Positions 12,298 through 24,786 of a stretch of DNA of 64,000 nt are shown here, in pieces (position 1 is the first letter of the stretch; every line of letters starts with the position of its first letter). Location of the stretch: assembly GCF_001194135.2 (NCBI RefSeq), contig NC_068984.1, positions 105,308,835-105,372,834 on the forward strand, in the 5' to 3' direction. A model generated the notes under the pieces. It did no database searches, was not told the DNA's origin, and saw only the letters and a list, made by a program, of their open reading frames with translations. The position numbers and the translations under genes were made by a program. This stretch comes from Octopus bimaculoides (Eukaryota).

Positions 12298-12520
12298 TTT
12301 ATGATTAAAGATTAATAAACACTATTTTTTTCCTGTTTTTATACCATAAAAATATCTAAAAAAGAAGATCGATATTCTGTTTAAAGGTTACAGGTGAAGA
12401 AATTAGCTGTCACGCTGTCAGTAACTTTCACTATCTCGGGTTTCGGTTCAATCCTAGCGCGGCCCCTTCACACACTTCCGCTCTCCAATGTCCGCTCCTC
12501 GTCCACTGACGACCGATAAT
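12298..12520 (-). promoter_or_regulatory. Putative PCTP promoter / 5' region
   Basis: Locally CpG-richer segment directly upstream of the PCTP ATG; ETS-type CACTTCCG at 12473-12480. Position-based inference. Confidence 0.4.
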
Positions 12521-13919
12521 GATTATTCATAATAATTCTTCTTTGAAAGTATATAAAAATAAAACAATCTCCGAACCTTTTATTACATTACTCATGTTAT
12601 ATGGTTTCTTATTAAATTAATATGTTGCTTAGCGTTTGTGATCAATGTGTTTACCAGACATAAACCCACTGTTCGCATAAGATAGTGTAGGAAAATAGAA
12701 AAACCATTTCAGTGACATTTCACGTTTTATTGATCAATGAACCTGGAATTGCTATTGTATACGTAATTTTTTTTATTTTAATTATCTATCGTGTGATACT
12801 TGGGAAAGTAAATAAAACTATTTGGTATCCCATCTTCGACTTTGATTCCTTGTAACTTCCCGAAAAAAAAAAAGCATATTTTTTAAATGAAATTGTGGAG
12901 AGACGACTTTTTCGAATGTATATGCTACAATTACGTCGATAAAATCAAGATATTTATGCAAAAACGTCATCTAAAAACGCGTACTTTAAAAAGAGTTATG
13001 AGGTGACAATGTCAAAAGAGGAAGAATGATATGAAACTTAAAATTTGTTTTCGTAATATTGTCAACATAACTGTAATCTACACCCTCGAAATCGTGTCTG
13101 TAAGATTTAAATACAAGAATTATTCATTTTACAGAAAGTTATGAATAAACAAAGTGTTGGGGTACCAAACTGTACGTATGCCATTGTTTATATTATTTCT
13201 CTTCATCATGTGATGCATTTCATTTACTGCTTTTCTTTATATCTCTTAGCTTCACACTTCTACCTTATTTATTTATCGAAGATCGCCTATTTATCTATTT
13301 TTAAAGTCTTCACTTTATCTTTTTATTAAATAATTCTTTAATAACATTTCTATGAATCCTTATTAATGTATGCCTTTGAAGGCCTTAAGCATCATCGATT
13401 TCTTTAGCGCTTTCACATATTTAGTACATGGTGCATAAAAATGTCCCGTTTTATGTAATTATTTGAAGGTTGTTTCTTTGGAGTAATCAAAAATATATTT
13501 TTGTTTTACCTAATTGCTCACAATTTATATTAGTTTCTTTTTTAAATGTTATCCTTTATAAACAGGTTTAATTGAATGCATTTTACTAAACAGTAATACA
13601 TTAATTTGAAAACCTGCTTATGATATAGATTATTTATGAATAACTAACTAGATAATTAGATTCTAAAGCATATATTCGATTGTTGAATAGGAGTGATGGA
13701 CAACACTGGTTTGATGCATTCAATCAGAGTATAAAAATATTGGGAATAAACCTGGAGTAGCATGTTTGTTTGATATTAGTGTGACAGATTTTTAAAATCT
13801 ATAAATCCAATAGCCATGTTCATATCAAGGCACAGAAATATAACCTGGAAAAAAAAAGAGAGGCCTTTCTTCTTGTCATTAATCAGTATTTACAGACCTA
13901 GCTACCTAATGACTATTGA

Positions 13920-14200
13920 TATCACTAATAGCGGCTGTGACGACAGATTACCGTCGTTTCAGGCTGAGGATTAAGTTGCTCGATCAACTTGAATTACTTG
14001 CTCCTGAATGTGCGTACACAGACATGTGCACTCTTAACGTCTCAGGGAGAATCAACGTGTATCACAAGTACAACCCAGCTGACGAGCTTCTAAAATGTTT
14101 CAGTCACGAGATATGAGTCGACCTGAAGCTATGCCCAAGAAGCTATGCTGTGAGACGGAAGCTGGGACCTTGTGGTTGCAAAGTGAACTTGTTAGCCTTT
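13920..14200 (-). mobile_element. tRNA-headed SINE (distinct family)
   Basis: Minus strand begins ggctaacaagttcactttgcaaccacaaggtcccagcttc (tRNA-like head) with a GC-richer body. Confidence 0.5.
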
Positions 14201-14229
14201 TGTTTATTAACGTTAATATGACGGTTTCT

Positions 14230-14392
14230 AATTTAAGCACAAGGCCAGCAATTTTGAAGAGAAGGGGTTAGTTTGATACCATCGGTTCCAGTAATTGACT
14301 GGTACCGTATTAACTCCGGGGGTGAGGCTGGGCAAAGTTAAAGTTGACCTCGGCAGGATTTGAACTCGGAACGTAAATAATCGGAATAAATT
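14230..14392 (-). mobile_element. SINE family A
   Basis: agcacaaggccagcaattttg...gacctcggcaggatttgaactcggaacgtaa. Confidence 0.75.
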
Positions 14393-14397
14393 ATTGA

Positions 14398-16750
14398 AAT
14401 GATTTTCCTGCCACCCAAACGGAGTGGCAACGGCTAGAAGTAGGTATTGCAGCCGGATGCACGATATCAGTCATCTTATTCGTGCTAGTCATGGAGATGT
14501 TACTAAGATCAACAAACTGTGAGAAAGCTGCTATAAAGATACCATTAAGGGCATTTATGGACGACGTCACTCTACTATCGGAAAGTAGAGAAGCAGCAGA
14601 GGGAACGTTAGCGCGGTTGGATGAACTGATAGGATGGGCAAGAATGAAATTCAAAGCCAAAAAATCTCGAAGCGTGGCTTTCGTGAAAGGAGTGCAAGAA
14701 GTGAAATTCAGGATAGGAGATGAAGACATACCAAAGGTGAAAGAACAACCAGTAAAGAGTCTCGGCAGATGGTATAGAGACTTATTAAATGATAAGAAGC
14801 AAGGGAAAGAGACACACAAGTTAGTAGAACAAGGATTAAAGGCAATTGACCGAACAACACTGCTGGGAAAATTCAAATGTTGGATACTGCAATTTTGACT
14901 GTACCCAAGGATAATGTGGCCATTGCAAATGTACGAAATAGCCTTGAGTAGAGTAGAAAGGATAGAACAAAGATGCAGTGTGTTTATCAGAAAATGGCTT
15001 GGTCTGCCGAAACCACTGAATACAACTGCACTATATGGAAAACCCGTGCTGCAACTACCAATAACATCGATCACCGAAGAATATAAAGCAGGAAAGGTGA
15101 GGACAGTAATGATCCGAGAAAACCCTCCAAAGGTATGAACAGGGAGGAAATGGAATGCGGAAGAGGCAGTAAACAGGGCGATCAGAATACTAAAACATGC
15201 CGATATAGTTGGAGCAACGCAAGAAGCAAGAGCCGGCCTAGGGACGAGCAGTTTCAGGCTATTTTGCAAGAGCAGTATAAAAGAGATGAAAGAGGCAGTG
15301 GTACACGAAGTGAGAAAGGAGGAAGAAGAAAGGCGGAATGTACATTTGGTACAATGTAGTCAACAGGGGCAGTGCCTGAGATGGGAGGAAAACGTGGTCA
15401 GTCGCAGAATCTCATGGAAGGAACTTTGGGCTTGGGAACAAGCAAGAACAGCCTTCCTGATCAAGTCTACCTTCGACGTTCTACCCTCACTGGCGAACTT
15501 AGTCCGATGGAACATAAAAACAACCGATGAATGTGGATACGGTGAGACACGTTCTGTCAAGCTGCAGACTAGCACTAGAAAGGTATACATGGCGCCATAA
15601 TCAAGTCCTCGGCGTCATAAGCGCAGCACTCAAGGAGAAGATCGAGGGATACAATTGGGAAGAGTACCCCAAAGTGGAAAAACGCAGGAAAATATACTTC
15701 CAGAAGGAGGGAAAAGGACATAAGATCAGGCCTCCAAATAAAATATACGAGATAGACGAAAGATGGATGGGATACTGGGAGCTGGCCACGGATTTGGGAA
15801 GTCTAGCAATTTTTCCACTTATAAAAACAACAAAAAGACCAGACTTAGTCATATGGAACACAGAACGGAGAATAGGAATCTTGCTAGNNNNNNNNNNNNN
15901 NNNNNNNNNNNNNNNNNNNNNNNNNNNNNNNNNNNNNNNNNNNNNNNNNNNNNNNNNNNNNNNNNNNNNNNNNNNNNNNNNNNNNNNNNNNNNNNNNNNN
16001 NNNNNNNNNNNNNNNNNNNNNNNNNNNNNNNNNNNNNNNNNNNNNNNNNNNNNNNNNNNNNNNNNNNNNNNNNNNNNNNNNNNNNNNNNNNNNNNNNNNN
16101 NNNNNNNNNNNNNNNNNNNNNNNNNNNNNNNNNNNNNNNNNNNNNNNNNNNNNNNNNNNNNNNNNNNNNNNNNNNNNNNNNNNNNNNNNNNNNNNNNNNN
16201 NNNNNNNNNNNNNNNNNNNNNNNNNNNNNNNNNNNNNNNNNNNNNNNNNNNNNNNNNNNNNNNNNNNNNNNNNNNNNNNNNNNNNNNNNNNNNNNNNNNN
16301 NNNNNNNNNNNNNNNNNNNNNNNNNNNNNNNNNNNNNNNNNNNNNNNNNNNNNNNNNNNNNNNNNNNNNNNNNNNNNNNNNNNNNNNNNNNNNNNNNNNN
16401 NNNNNNNNNNNNNNNNNNNNNNNNNNNNNNNNNNNNNNNNNNNNNNNNNNNNNNNNNNNNNNNNNNNNNNNNNNNNNNNNNNNNNNNNNNNNNNNNNNNN
16501 NNNNNNNNNNNNNNNNNNNNNNNNNNNNNNNNNNNNNNNNNNNNNNNNNNNNNNNNNNNNNNNNNNNNNNNNNNNNNNNNGGGGGGGGGCCCGCCACGTC
16601 AAAACGGTAGAGGAGTAGGGGCCGAAACCGGACGTGGTTCCTCCTGATGATGTCTTGAGCTAACTGGATCCTACAAAGGAGCTGTTGTGGTAGCAGACCA
16701 CGAAACATGGTTGAAATTCCTAATATGATATTACTTAAAGCTTTCAACTA
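14398..16750 (+). mobile_element. HERO-clade RLE non-LTR retrotransposon, 5'-truncated and disrupted
   Basis: RT WQRLEVGIAAGCTIS.ILFVLVME...LRAFMDDVTLL...WARMKFKAKKSRS...PVKSLGRWY; C-terminal HVLSSCRLALERYTWRHNQVL and RLE start TTKRPDLVIW. One stop near 14897, frameshifts near 15130 and 15530; gap 15888-16580; GC-rich 3' UTR-like tail after the gap (linkage across the gap is inferred). Confidence 0.85.
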
Positions 16751-16999
16751 ATGAAGAATTCGAGTTGTTTTGCAACAAAATATTTACAATTAGATTGCAG
16801 CAGTGATTTTAAAACGTACTCCTGTGTACGTCCGTGTTGTTATTTTTTTTATAGTAATAGACTTTCATAAACTTTCAATAATATGCATTTACAAATAATA
16901 ACTAACCGTTTTACAAAATTTAATTAGAAAATTGGACAAAACAGAGAACACAATTGAAAAAATTAAAAAGAAAAAAAACCAAAGCAATTCATCACCTTG

Positions 17000-17400
17000 C
17001 AGGCACTGGGAAACCTTTCTAATGGCTATTGATGCACACCAGCACGCTTGCAGCGTTGCTGTGGGTGATGGCAAGGCTGATGCACTGGAACAGCCAAGCA
17101 CCCTCACGAGCCTCACCAGTTGCTTCTGCAAGGCGAGTTGCCAGTGAAAACAGGAATCTTGCGGTTAGTGGTCTGACCCCCACCAAACGTCTCGAACACC
17201 ACAGGATGGAAAATGTAGTTGGCCAAGAGATCGTGGTATTTCAGGATTTTGTTCCATTCGGCCACAGAAGCTGTGGATCTCACCCTGACCGCAGCATTTA
17301 GGATGTGAGAAGAAGTGAAGGAGTTGCTAACTGTGACATCCCAGACAAGGCCTTGCGACTGGATGGTTCCAAGATGGAGGGGATGTTTGCCTGGGCCAAG
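17000..17400 (-). mobile_element. CRE-type non-LTR retrotransposon, 3' end (RLE domain)
   Basis: GK.P...LVWDVTVSNSFTSSH...AEWNKILKYHDLLANYIFHPVVFETFG...TGEAREGAWLFQCISLAITHSNAASVL on the minus strand. Confidence 0.8.
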
Positions 17401-17404
17401 CTCC

Positions 17405-18200
17405 TCTTGAGTATCAGGTTCCACCTCAGGAGTCCAACAGGGTGACCCACTCAGACCTGCTCTGTTCGCACTAGGCATTGATGACATCACCAAGATGGGG
17501 GTTGAGCTAGACCTTAACATCTGGTATCTCAATGATGCTTGTTTGGGAGGGACCTCCAGACAGGGTTTTTGCCATTGCAAACATGATGGTTGGGGAGCTT
17601 GGTCACCAGGGTCTCCAAGTAAACAGCCCAAAATGTGCGTTCTGAATCCTCAACCACCTGGCTTCTCAACATCAACCAACTATTGACTTTTTTGCAGAGT
17701 CCTTCCCTTCCATTGTGGTCCTTCCCCCATCAGCTTGATGCTCCCTAGGAGCCCCAATCACTGACCTTGCCTTTGAGTCCATCTTCCAGTTGAGGGTGCC
17801 TGCCCTTGAGCAAATGCTGAAAAATATTGAAGCTATCGAACCCCATCAAGGCTTTTTCAAAACTAAGAATTACCTCTCGATCCCCAAGCTTCCGTATTTA
17901 CTCAGAGCCAGCTCATCTTACTGATTCCCATCATGCCTCCAATGCTCCGACAACCTAATCTTTGAGAGACTCAAATGCTTAGTTAATGTCAGACTCTCTC
18001 CAACATCCCGCAATCAGGCTGCATTGCCCAAGCGATTTGGAGGTCTTATTCTTTGTAAGTGTTTGTCCCTCTCTCTCCTGCTTCCTTTCCTCCACCCACA
18101 CCTGCTCCACCCTGGTGAGCAACATCCTCTCCTCTCCAACATGGACCAGTTCCAACAGGGAGTTGGATGAAGTTCTCCAACACTGGAAAGAATTGGGCCT
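17405..18200 (+). mobile_element. CRE-type RT/thumb segment, inverted relative to its RLE
   Basis: SGVQQGDPLRPALFALGIDDITKMGVELDLNIWYLNDACLGG...LGAPI...LSIPKLPYLLRAS...QAALPKRFGGL on the plus strand, with frameshifts. Confidence 0.8.
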
Positions 18201-18204
18201 GTCT

Positions 18205-18294
18205 GTAGGTGCTAAATCTGGCAAATAGGGCAGGTGTGAAAGTTATTTTTTACTAAACATAACTAGTCCAGGAACTTTTTGATACCACCTTGTA
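18205..18294. mobile_element. Mariner fragment with one TIR
   Basis: gtgctaaatctggcaaatagggcag and ctagtccaggaactttttgataccacct match the element at 56570-57222. Confidence 0.65.
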
Positions 18295-18307
18295 TGTGTA
18301 TATATTT

Positions 18308-19375
18308 TGTTACAGGTTAGACAATGGAGTCAACAAATAACAACAAGCCCATATAATTCAATTATGTATTGAGAAAGAAATATTGCAGTGCCGATGGACT
18401 GGCTCCTGTGCAGGTGGCACGTAAAATACACCATTTCAAGCGTGGCCGTCGCCAGTACTGCTGGACTGGCCCTCGTGCTAGTGGCACGTAAAAGCACCCA
18501 CTACACTCTCGGAGTGGTTGGTGTTAGGAAGGGCATCCATCTGTAGAAACTCTGCCAGATCAGATTGGAGCCTGGTGTCGCCTCCTGGTCCACCAGTCCT
18601 CAGTCAAATCGTCCAACCCATGCTAGCATGGAAAGTGGACATTAAACAACGACGACGATGATGATGATGAAAGACAGCACAAAGCTGTTATAATATATTT
18701 CAGTCCAAGACACAAAGCTGTAACAAAATAGAGTTCAAAGCACAGAGCTGTTACAAATAGATTTGAGTTAGTCAGTCCTGGAGATACAAAGTTGCAGATT
18801 TCCTTGGCATGTTCCAAATTCTCGATATGCTGGTCAAAACAAAAAGGAGGTTGCTCTTTTTATCTTCTTGTGTTGTTGTTTACTGTTTTGGTCGTATTTG
18901 CAGCAGTAAGTCAAAGAGAAAGATAGAGTAACAATGAATAGAGGAGGAAGACAGAATGATGGTATCATTCTGCCTGTCCTTTTAGCAGCAGCAAAGAAAG
19001 ACAAAATGACATTTGCCCTTGAAATGTGAGTCAGCGAAAGCTGTATAATAATCGTCTTCTTTTCACCAACTAACTTGTCCTTGCAGGATCTTAGTATTTA
19101 TAATTGTCACAGAACAGCAAGAAAGAGAGACTTATTTCCGAGAACAATGGGGAAATCTGCTGTAGGTAATTCTTATATATTTTCAGCTTTTGGTAGCATA
19201 GAAGAGGTCAAAAGGGTTAAGTGGAAAAGACATAAATTGACTTGGCAAGGCCATGAGATCAATGTAACTGGTGTCAAGCATTGTTTCTCTGTGAGAAACT
19301 GCTGTTGTAATTTAAAGGAGAAGTCTATAGATTCATTTTTGAATCTATATGTCCAAATGAAATCCACTCGTAACA
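18308..19375 (-). repeat. 3' LTR (interrupted by an RTE-tail insertion)
   Basis: Direct repeat of 20817-21632. Confidence 0.85.
18388..18670 (+). mobile_element. RTE 3'-tail / derived SINE inserted in the left LTR
   Basis: Ends catgctagcatggaaagtggacattaaac(gac/gat)n; absent from the right LTR. Confidence 0.8.
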
Positions 19376-20816
19376 CTCCCACCCCCTTAGGGAAAAGAAA
19401 GTTTCAGAGAAGATTTCTGTAACAATAACAATGATAATACAATTAACCAATCCCCAACTGGTGCATAACTTGTTGAAACGCCTTAGACATGAAATTTGAG
19501 CCCTGATCAAATTGAACAACATCTGGCAAACCAACTAAGGTAAAAAAAAACTTGATCAAAGCCATGGCAGTCTTACAAAGAGGAATAGCTTTAGGAAATC
19601 TGGTAGAAGCTCACATGATGGTGAGAAGATACTGATAACCAACTTAGTCTTAGATAACAGACCAACACAACCAAAGATAACCAGACTGAAAGGTTTTCCA
19701 ACAATTTGGCATGTATGACAGGCTTTACAAAATTCAGCCACATCTTGTCTCAAACTAGGCCAAAAGAAATGTGCCAAAATTTTTGCACAAGTTTTATTTA
19801 TACCTAAATGACCTGAATAAGACTTTCATGTGCCAATGAAAGTACATGACTTCGTAATAATTTTGGTACCACAGTTTGATAGTACACTTTCAAATCATCC
19901 CCCACAGGAATGTCCGGTGGCCTATATTTCCTCATCATAACACTATCCCTAAAGTAGTAACAAACTGGAACCTTGCTAACCTCCTCAAAAGAAACAGCCT
20001 TATTAGCTAACTTCTGCAACTGAGCATCCTCACCCTGTGTACTAATAAGTTGCTCTCTAGAAAGAATGTGGTCACCACCTGACCCACCATCAGACCAATC
20101 TCGAGATCAGAATGAACACTCTGTTTGAAATCCTCCATCAAAACTAGCTGCCTCAAACTATCAAAATCTGTGAGTGCCTTAGAACTACACCACTTATCAA
20201 ACAAAGTTTCCTTCTCCCTAGCAAACTCTACAAAAGTCTTGTTGTCCCTTTCATGAACATTCCTCAATTTTTGCCAATAAGCCTCAGGCACTAACTCATA
20301 AGCTTTTAGAAGAGTCCTCTTAACCAGATCATAATCAGAACTTTGCTCTACAGATAAGGACGAAACTGTGTCCTGAGCCTTACCTTTCAGCACAGTGTGC
20401 AGTAGCATAGTCCATGACTCCTTAGGCTACTTGAGGTTTTCAGCAACATTTTCAAAATGCAGAAAATACTTGTCCATCTCTTTTTCATTGAAATGGGGAA
20501 CTAGTCTGGCATGTCTCGCAACTTTGAAAGAGGAAAGGTGTTAGGAAGGAAAAGAAGTTTTTTAGCTTTTTAAGCTCAATTTCCCTTTCAATTTCAAGCT
20601 TTTTAAGCTCAAATATTCTAAATTCCATTTCATTTTCAATTTCCAATATTTTCAATTGTAATTGAAGCTCAAGCCTTTTTATTTCCAAATAGCCTGAAGG
20701 TTCTTCCTTTACTATTTCCAAAATATCGTGTCCCAAAACTCCTTCGTTGATGAAGTGATTCAAAATGATTTTCAAAATGTCTCTAATGAATTCGGACACT
20801 GGATGAGCTCCAATTT

Positions 20817-21632
20817 TGTTACGGGTTAGACAATGGAAGCAACAAATAACAACAAGCCCATATAATTCAATTATGTATTGAGATAGAAATATTGCAAAAC
20901 TTACATGAAAGACAGCATGAAGCTGTGATAATATATTTCAGTCCAAGGCACAAAACCATCACAAAATATTAGAGTTCAAAGCACAGATGTTACAAACAGA
21001 TTTGAGTTAGTCAGTCCTTGTTGATTGAAAATCCAGTGTTGGAGATACGAAGTTGCAGATTTCCTTGGCATGCTCCAAATTCTTGATATGCTGGTCAAAA
21101 CAAAAGGGAGGTCACTGTTTTTATCTTTTTGTGTTGTTATTTACTGTTTTGGTCACGTTTGCAGCAAGTCAAAGAGAAAGATAGAGTAACAACGAATAGA
21201 AGAGGAAGACAGAATGATGGTATCATTCTGCCTGTCATTTTAGCAGTAGTGGAGAAAGACAAAATGACATTTGCCATTGAAATGTGAGCCAGCGAAAGCT
21301 GTATAATAATCGTCTTCTTTTCACCAACTAGTCCTTGCAGGATCTTAGTATTTATAATTGTCACAGAACAGCAAGAAAGAGAGAGACATATCTCTGAGGA
21401 TATTGGGGGAAAACTGCTGTAGGTAATTCTTATCTATTTTCAGCTTTTGGTGGCATAGAAGAGGTCAAAAAGGTTAAGTGGAAAAGACATAAATTGACTT
21501 GGCAAGGCTATGTGATCAATGTAACTGGTGTCAAGCATTGTTTCTCAGTGAGAAAATGCCATTGTAATTTAAAGGGGAAGTCTATAGATTCAGTTTCGAA
21601 TCTATATGCCCAAATGAAATCCACTCGTAACT
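20817..21632 (-). repeat. 5' LTR
   Basis: Direct repeat of the left LTR, without the insertion. Confidence 0.85.
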
Positions 21633-21944
21633 ATATACATATATACACACACATATCACTTGATAGCTGTGAGCAAGTGTCACATCATTCACATAATGTC
21701 TTTTGTTTTTAATCTTTTGTGGAAACTTGCTTGGGTTTTCTACTTACCAAAGTCATTTATGAGGCTTTGGTCAGCTGTGAGCTGTAGTAGAAAATACTGG
21801 CCCAAGGTACTGCATAGTGAGACTGGATCTGAAACTATGTGGTTGGGAAGCAAACTTCTTAACTACACAGCCATATCTGTGCCTGCTTCTCTCATAGAAA
21901 TGGAAGAAAGGAATAATATCTGGTCAGTGGATATCTAGTGAAAT

Positions 21945-22240
21945 CATCATCATCAATGTCTGTTTTCCATACTGGCATGGATTGGATGGCTTGACAGGAA
22001 CTGGTAACGCCAGGGGCCACTCCAGAGGCTTGGTTTCTACAGCTGGATGCCCTTCCTAACACCAACCACTCTCCACAGAGTATACTGGGTGCTTTTTATG
22101 TGGCACCAGCACAGTTGCTTTATAAGTGACACCAACATTAGTGCTTTTTAGGTGGCACCAGCACAGTTGCTTTATAAGTGACACCAACATTAGTGCTTTT
22201 TAGGTGGCACCAGCACCCATATCAATGCTTATGTGACACT
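21945..22240 (-). mobile_element. RTE 3'-tail copy with an internal exact 52-bp tandem duplication
   Basis: (cat)n tail; unit gtggcaccagcacagttgctttataagtgacaccaacattagtgctttttag starts at 22100 and 22152, with a partial third copy at 22204. Confidence 0.75.
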
Positions 22241-22506
22241 TTTGTCTTAGGATCTCAATTCCATTATGGTGGGTGGGTTTTCTCAAGTACAGCAATACAC
22301 CACATATCTTATCCCTCTGTCATCTCCTTTGCAAAGTTCAACGTTTTGAGATTGACCTTCAAAAGTGATAAAGAAAGTTAAAATGAATTCATTTACTAAA
22401 TACCAGCAATGTCTCTGGGTAGGGTTACTAAGTGTATATGTAGACCAGATGTCTACAAACAACTAACTTTAAACATTCTCTAGAGACAATTGTAAAACTA
22501 CATCTG

Positions 22507-23206
22507 GATCTTGTTCAAAACGAGGGCACCAGTTTTCATTAATGTTTTATGTAGTGTTTTTGGTACCGAAAGACTTTCAAACTTCGTATACTTATCTATT
22601 TTGTGTTATAGAACAGAAAAAAATTTTTGTATTCGGATTTATTTCATGTAAAAAATTGTCTTATTTCGATAATTTCAACCAATCACTGACAAGTATTCAG
22701 CTGTTTACAGTTACTCCTAAGCGGTGTAAGGCGTATTTAATCTCCATTACTTCTGACATTTTGCAGAGGCAACACACATGTGTTCGTTTTCCCTAACCCT
22801 AACCGACTTGCTCCTTCCCTCAAAAACCATGCCTTGTGCCTATAATAGAAAGGTTTATTAGCTACNNNNNNNNNNNNNNNNNNNNNNNNNNNNNNNNNNN
22901 NNNNNNNNNNNNNNNNNNNNNNNNNNNNNNNNNNNNNNNNNNNNNNNNNNNNNNNNNNNNNNNNNNNNNNNNNNNNNNNNNNNNNNNNNNNNNNNNNNNN
23001 NNNNNNNNNNNNNNNNNNNNNNNNNNNNNNNNNNNNNNNNNNNNNNNNNNNNNNNNNNNNNNNNNNNNNNNNNNNNNNNNNNNNNNNNNNNNNNNNNNNN
23101 NNNNNNNNNNNNNNNNNNNNNNNNNTATATGACACATTCTACCAGTGTCCCAAGTTTCAAAGTGTTTCGTTAAGAAAATACTGGTGCCCCCGTTTTGAAC
23201 AAGATC
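22507..23206. mobile_element. Non-autonomous DNA transposon with about 27-bp TIRs
   Basis: gatcttgttcaaaacgagggcaccagt ... actggtgcccccgttttgaacaagatc (1 mismatch); contains gap 22866-23125. Confidence 0.75.
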
Positions 23207-23339
23207 TGTTACACTCAGAAGACTAGTTAATTTCCCTAGTGACTCTAATTTGGTTTTTAGATTATTTTATTTCACACCATCCACACTGAATTTTAAGTAT
23301 TTCTGAAAACATGTCAGACTGCTTCAACTTTAAATAGGA

Positions 23340-23490
23340 CATCATCATCATCGTTTAACGTCCGCTTTCCATGCTAGCATGGGTTGGACGATTTGACTGA
23401 GGACTGGTGAAACCGGATGGCAACACCAGGCTCCAATCTAATTTGGCAGGTTTCTACAGCTGGATGCCCTTCCTAACGCCAACCACTCAG
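23340..23490 (-). mobile_element. Young RTE 3'-tail copy
   Basis: catcatcatcgtttaacgtccgctttccatgctagcatgggttggacgatttgactgaggactggtgaaacc, near-identical to 37660, 49665 and (reversed) 58700. Confidence 0.85.
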
Positions 23491-24034
23491 CTGTTATTTA
23501 TTTATTTACTTACTTATTCGAACTGAAATTATTTCTGCTGCTGTAAGAAAACTCTCATGATACAAAAACAATAAATATTTACAAATGTAAACAAAAACTT
23601 CATTTATCCTTTCTGTCTATTCTTGATAGAATGGTGGTGGTGGTGGTGGTGGTAGGTCAGTGATGTGAACATAGCCTTCTCTTTCACATTAAGAAATAGA
23701 ATTAAAGCAAAAACAAAATATATTAAACCAGATTCAAAAGAAATGTGGAAGCTTAAGCTTAAAACTGCAAACTTTTAATTATATAGAGTTGATTTACAAT
23801 TAAGAAAAACAAATATTTACACTCAAACTACTCTTTTGACTTCATTGACTGCAGTTCAATATCATAAATAACAATAATGTTTTGTTTATCAATGATAAAA
23901 GAAGAAAGAAAACTATGTCACATATTGATATCCCTAATAATCTTTGCAATCTCTTAGATTTGGACAAATGCATCACACACACTTGCCCTTTATACATACG
24001 TCTAAACAAATTTCATATATATATATTTTTTTTT

Positions 24035-24170
24035 AGTGGAAGTGTGTGGCTTAGTGGTTAGGGTATTGGACTCACGATTGTAAGATTTTGGTTTCAATTC
24101 CTGGACCAGGTGATGCATTGTGTTCTTGAGCAAAACACTTCATTTCACATTGCTCCAGTCCTGTCCAAGG
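24035..24170 (+). mobile_element. SINE family C
   Basis: gtgtggcttagtggttagggtattggactcacgattgtaag...gtgttcttgagcaaaacacttcatttcac. Confidence 0.75.
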
Positions 24171-24659
24171 GGAGAATATATATATATACTATGGAAACCA
24201 GCCCTATGAGTTTATATGACTCAAGAAGGATCTTTATCCTTTTTATATTTATTTCTAGCTGTTTGTCTCTCTCTCTCTCTCTCTCTCTNNNNNNNNNNNN
24301 NNNNNNNNNNNNNNNNNNNNNNNNNNNNNNNNNNNNNNNNNNNNNNNNNNNNNNNNNNNNNNNNNNNNNNNNNNNNNNNNNNNNNNNNNNNNNNNNNNNN
24401 NNNNNNNNNNNNNNNNNNNNNNNNNNNNNNNNNNNNNNNNNNNNNNNNNNNNNNNNNNNNNNNNNNNNNNNNNNNNNNNNNNNNNNNNNNNNNNNNNNNN
24501 NNNNNNNNNNNNNNNNNNNNNNNNNNNNNNNNNNNNNNNNNNNNNNNNNNNNNNNNNNNNNNNNNNNNNNNNNNNNNNNNNNNNNNNNNNNNNNNNNNNN
24601 NNNNNNNNNNNNNNNNNNNNNNNNNNNNNNNNTATATATATATATATATATATATATAC

Positions 24660-24754
24660 ATAGGCAACTTGGGCAAAAATCTTCTACTGTAGCCTCGGGC
24701 CGACCAAAGTCTTGTGAGTGGATTTGGTAGACGGAAACTGAAAGAAGCCCGTCG

Positions 24755-24786
<32 letters not shown>

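Larger units (their letters stand above)
18308..21632 (-). mobile_element. Ty3/Gypsy LTR retrotransposon, internally deleted, both LTRs present
   Basis: LTRs TGTTAC...GTAAC(A) at 18308-19375 and 20817-21632; PPT aagggggtgggag abuts the left LTR; degenerate tRNA-Pro-like PBS tggagctcatcc abuts the right LTR; gag (LKGKAQ...DYDLVKRTLLKAYELVPEAY.QK...EFAREKE..FDKWC) and integrase pieces (AHES...FFWPSLRQDVAEFCKACHTCQ; DQGSNF). No RT/RH seen. Confidence 0.88.

Noticed and set aside
11020-13160. Related AT-rich repeat modules on both sides of PCTP exon 1, suggesting capture by one element
   Set aside because: The copies are in direct orientation with no definable termini or TSD; independent old insertions are more likely.
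16620-16720. GAAAC and CTGATGA motifs in the HERO 3' tail suggesting a hammerhead
   Set aside because: Only 4 nt lie between the putative cleavage site and CUGAUGA (no stem I), and no G-C closed stem II forms with either GAAA.
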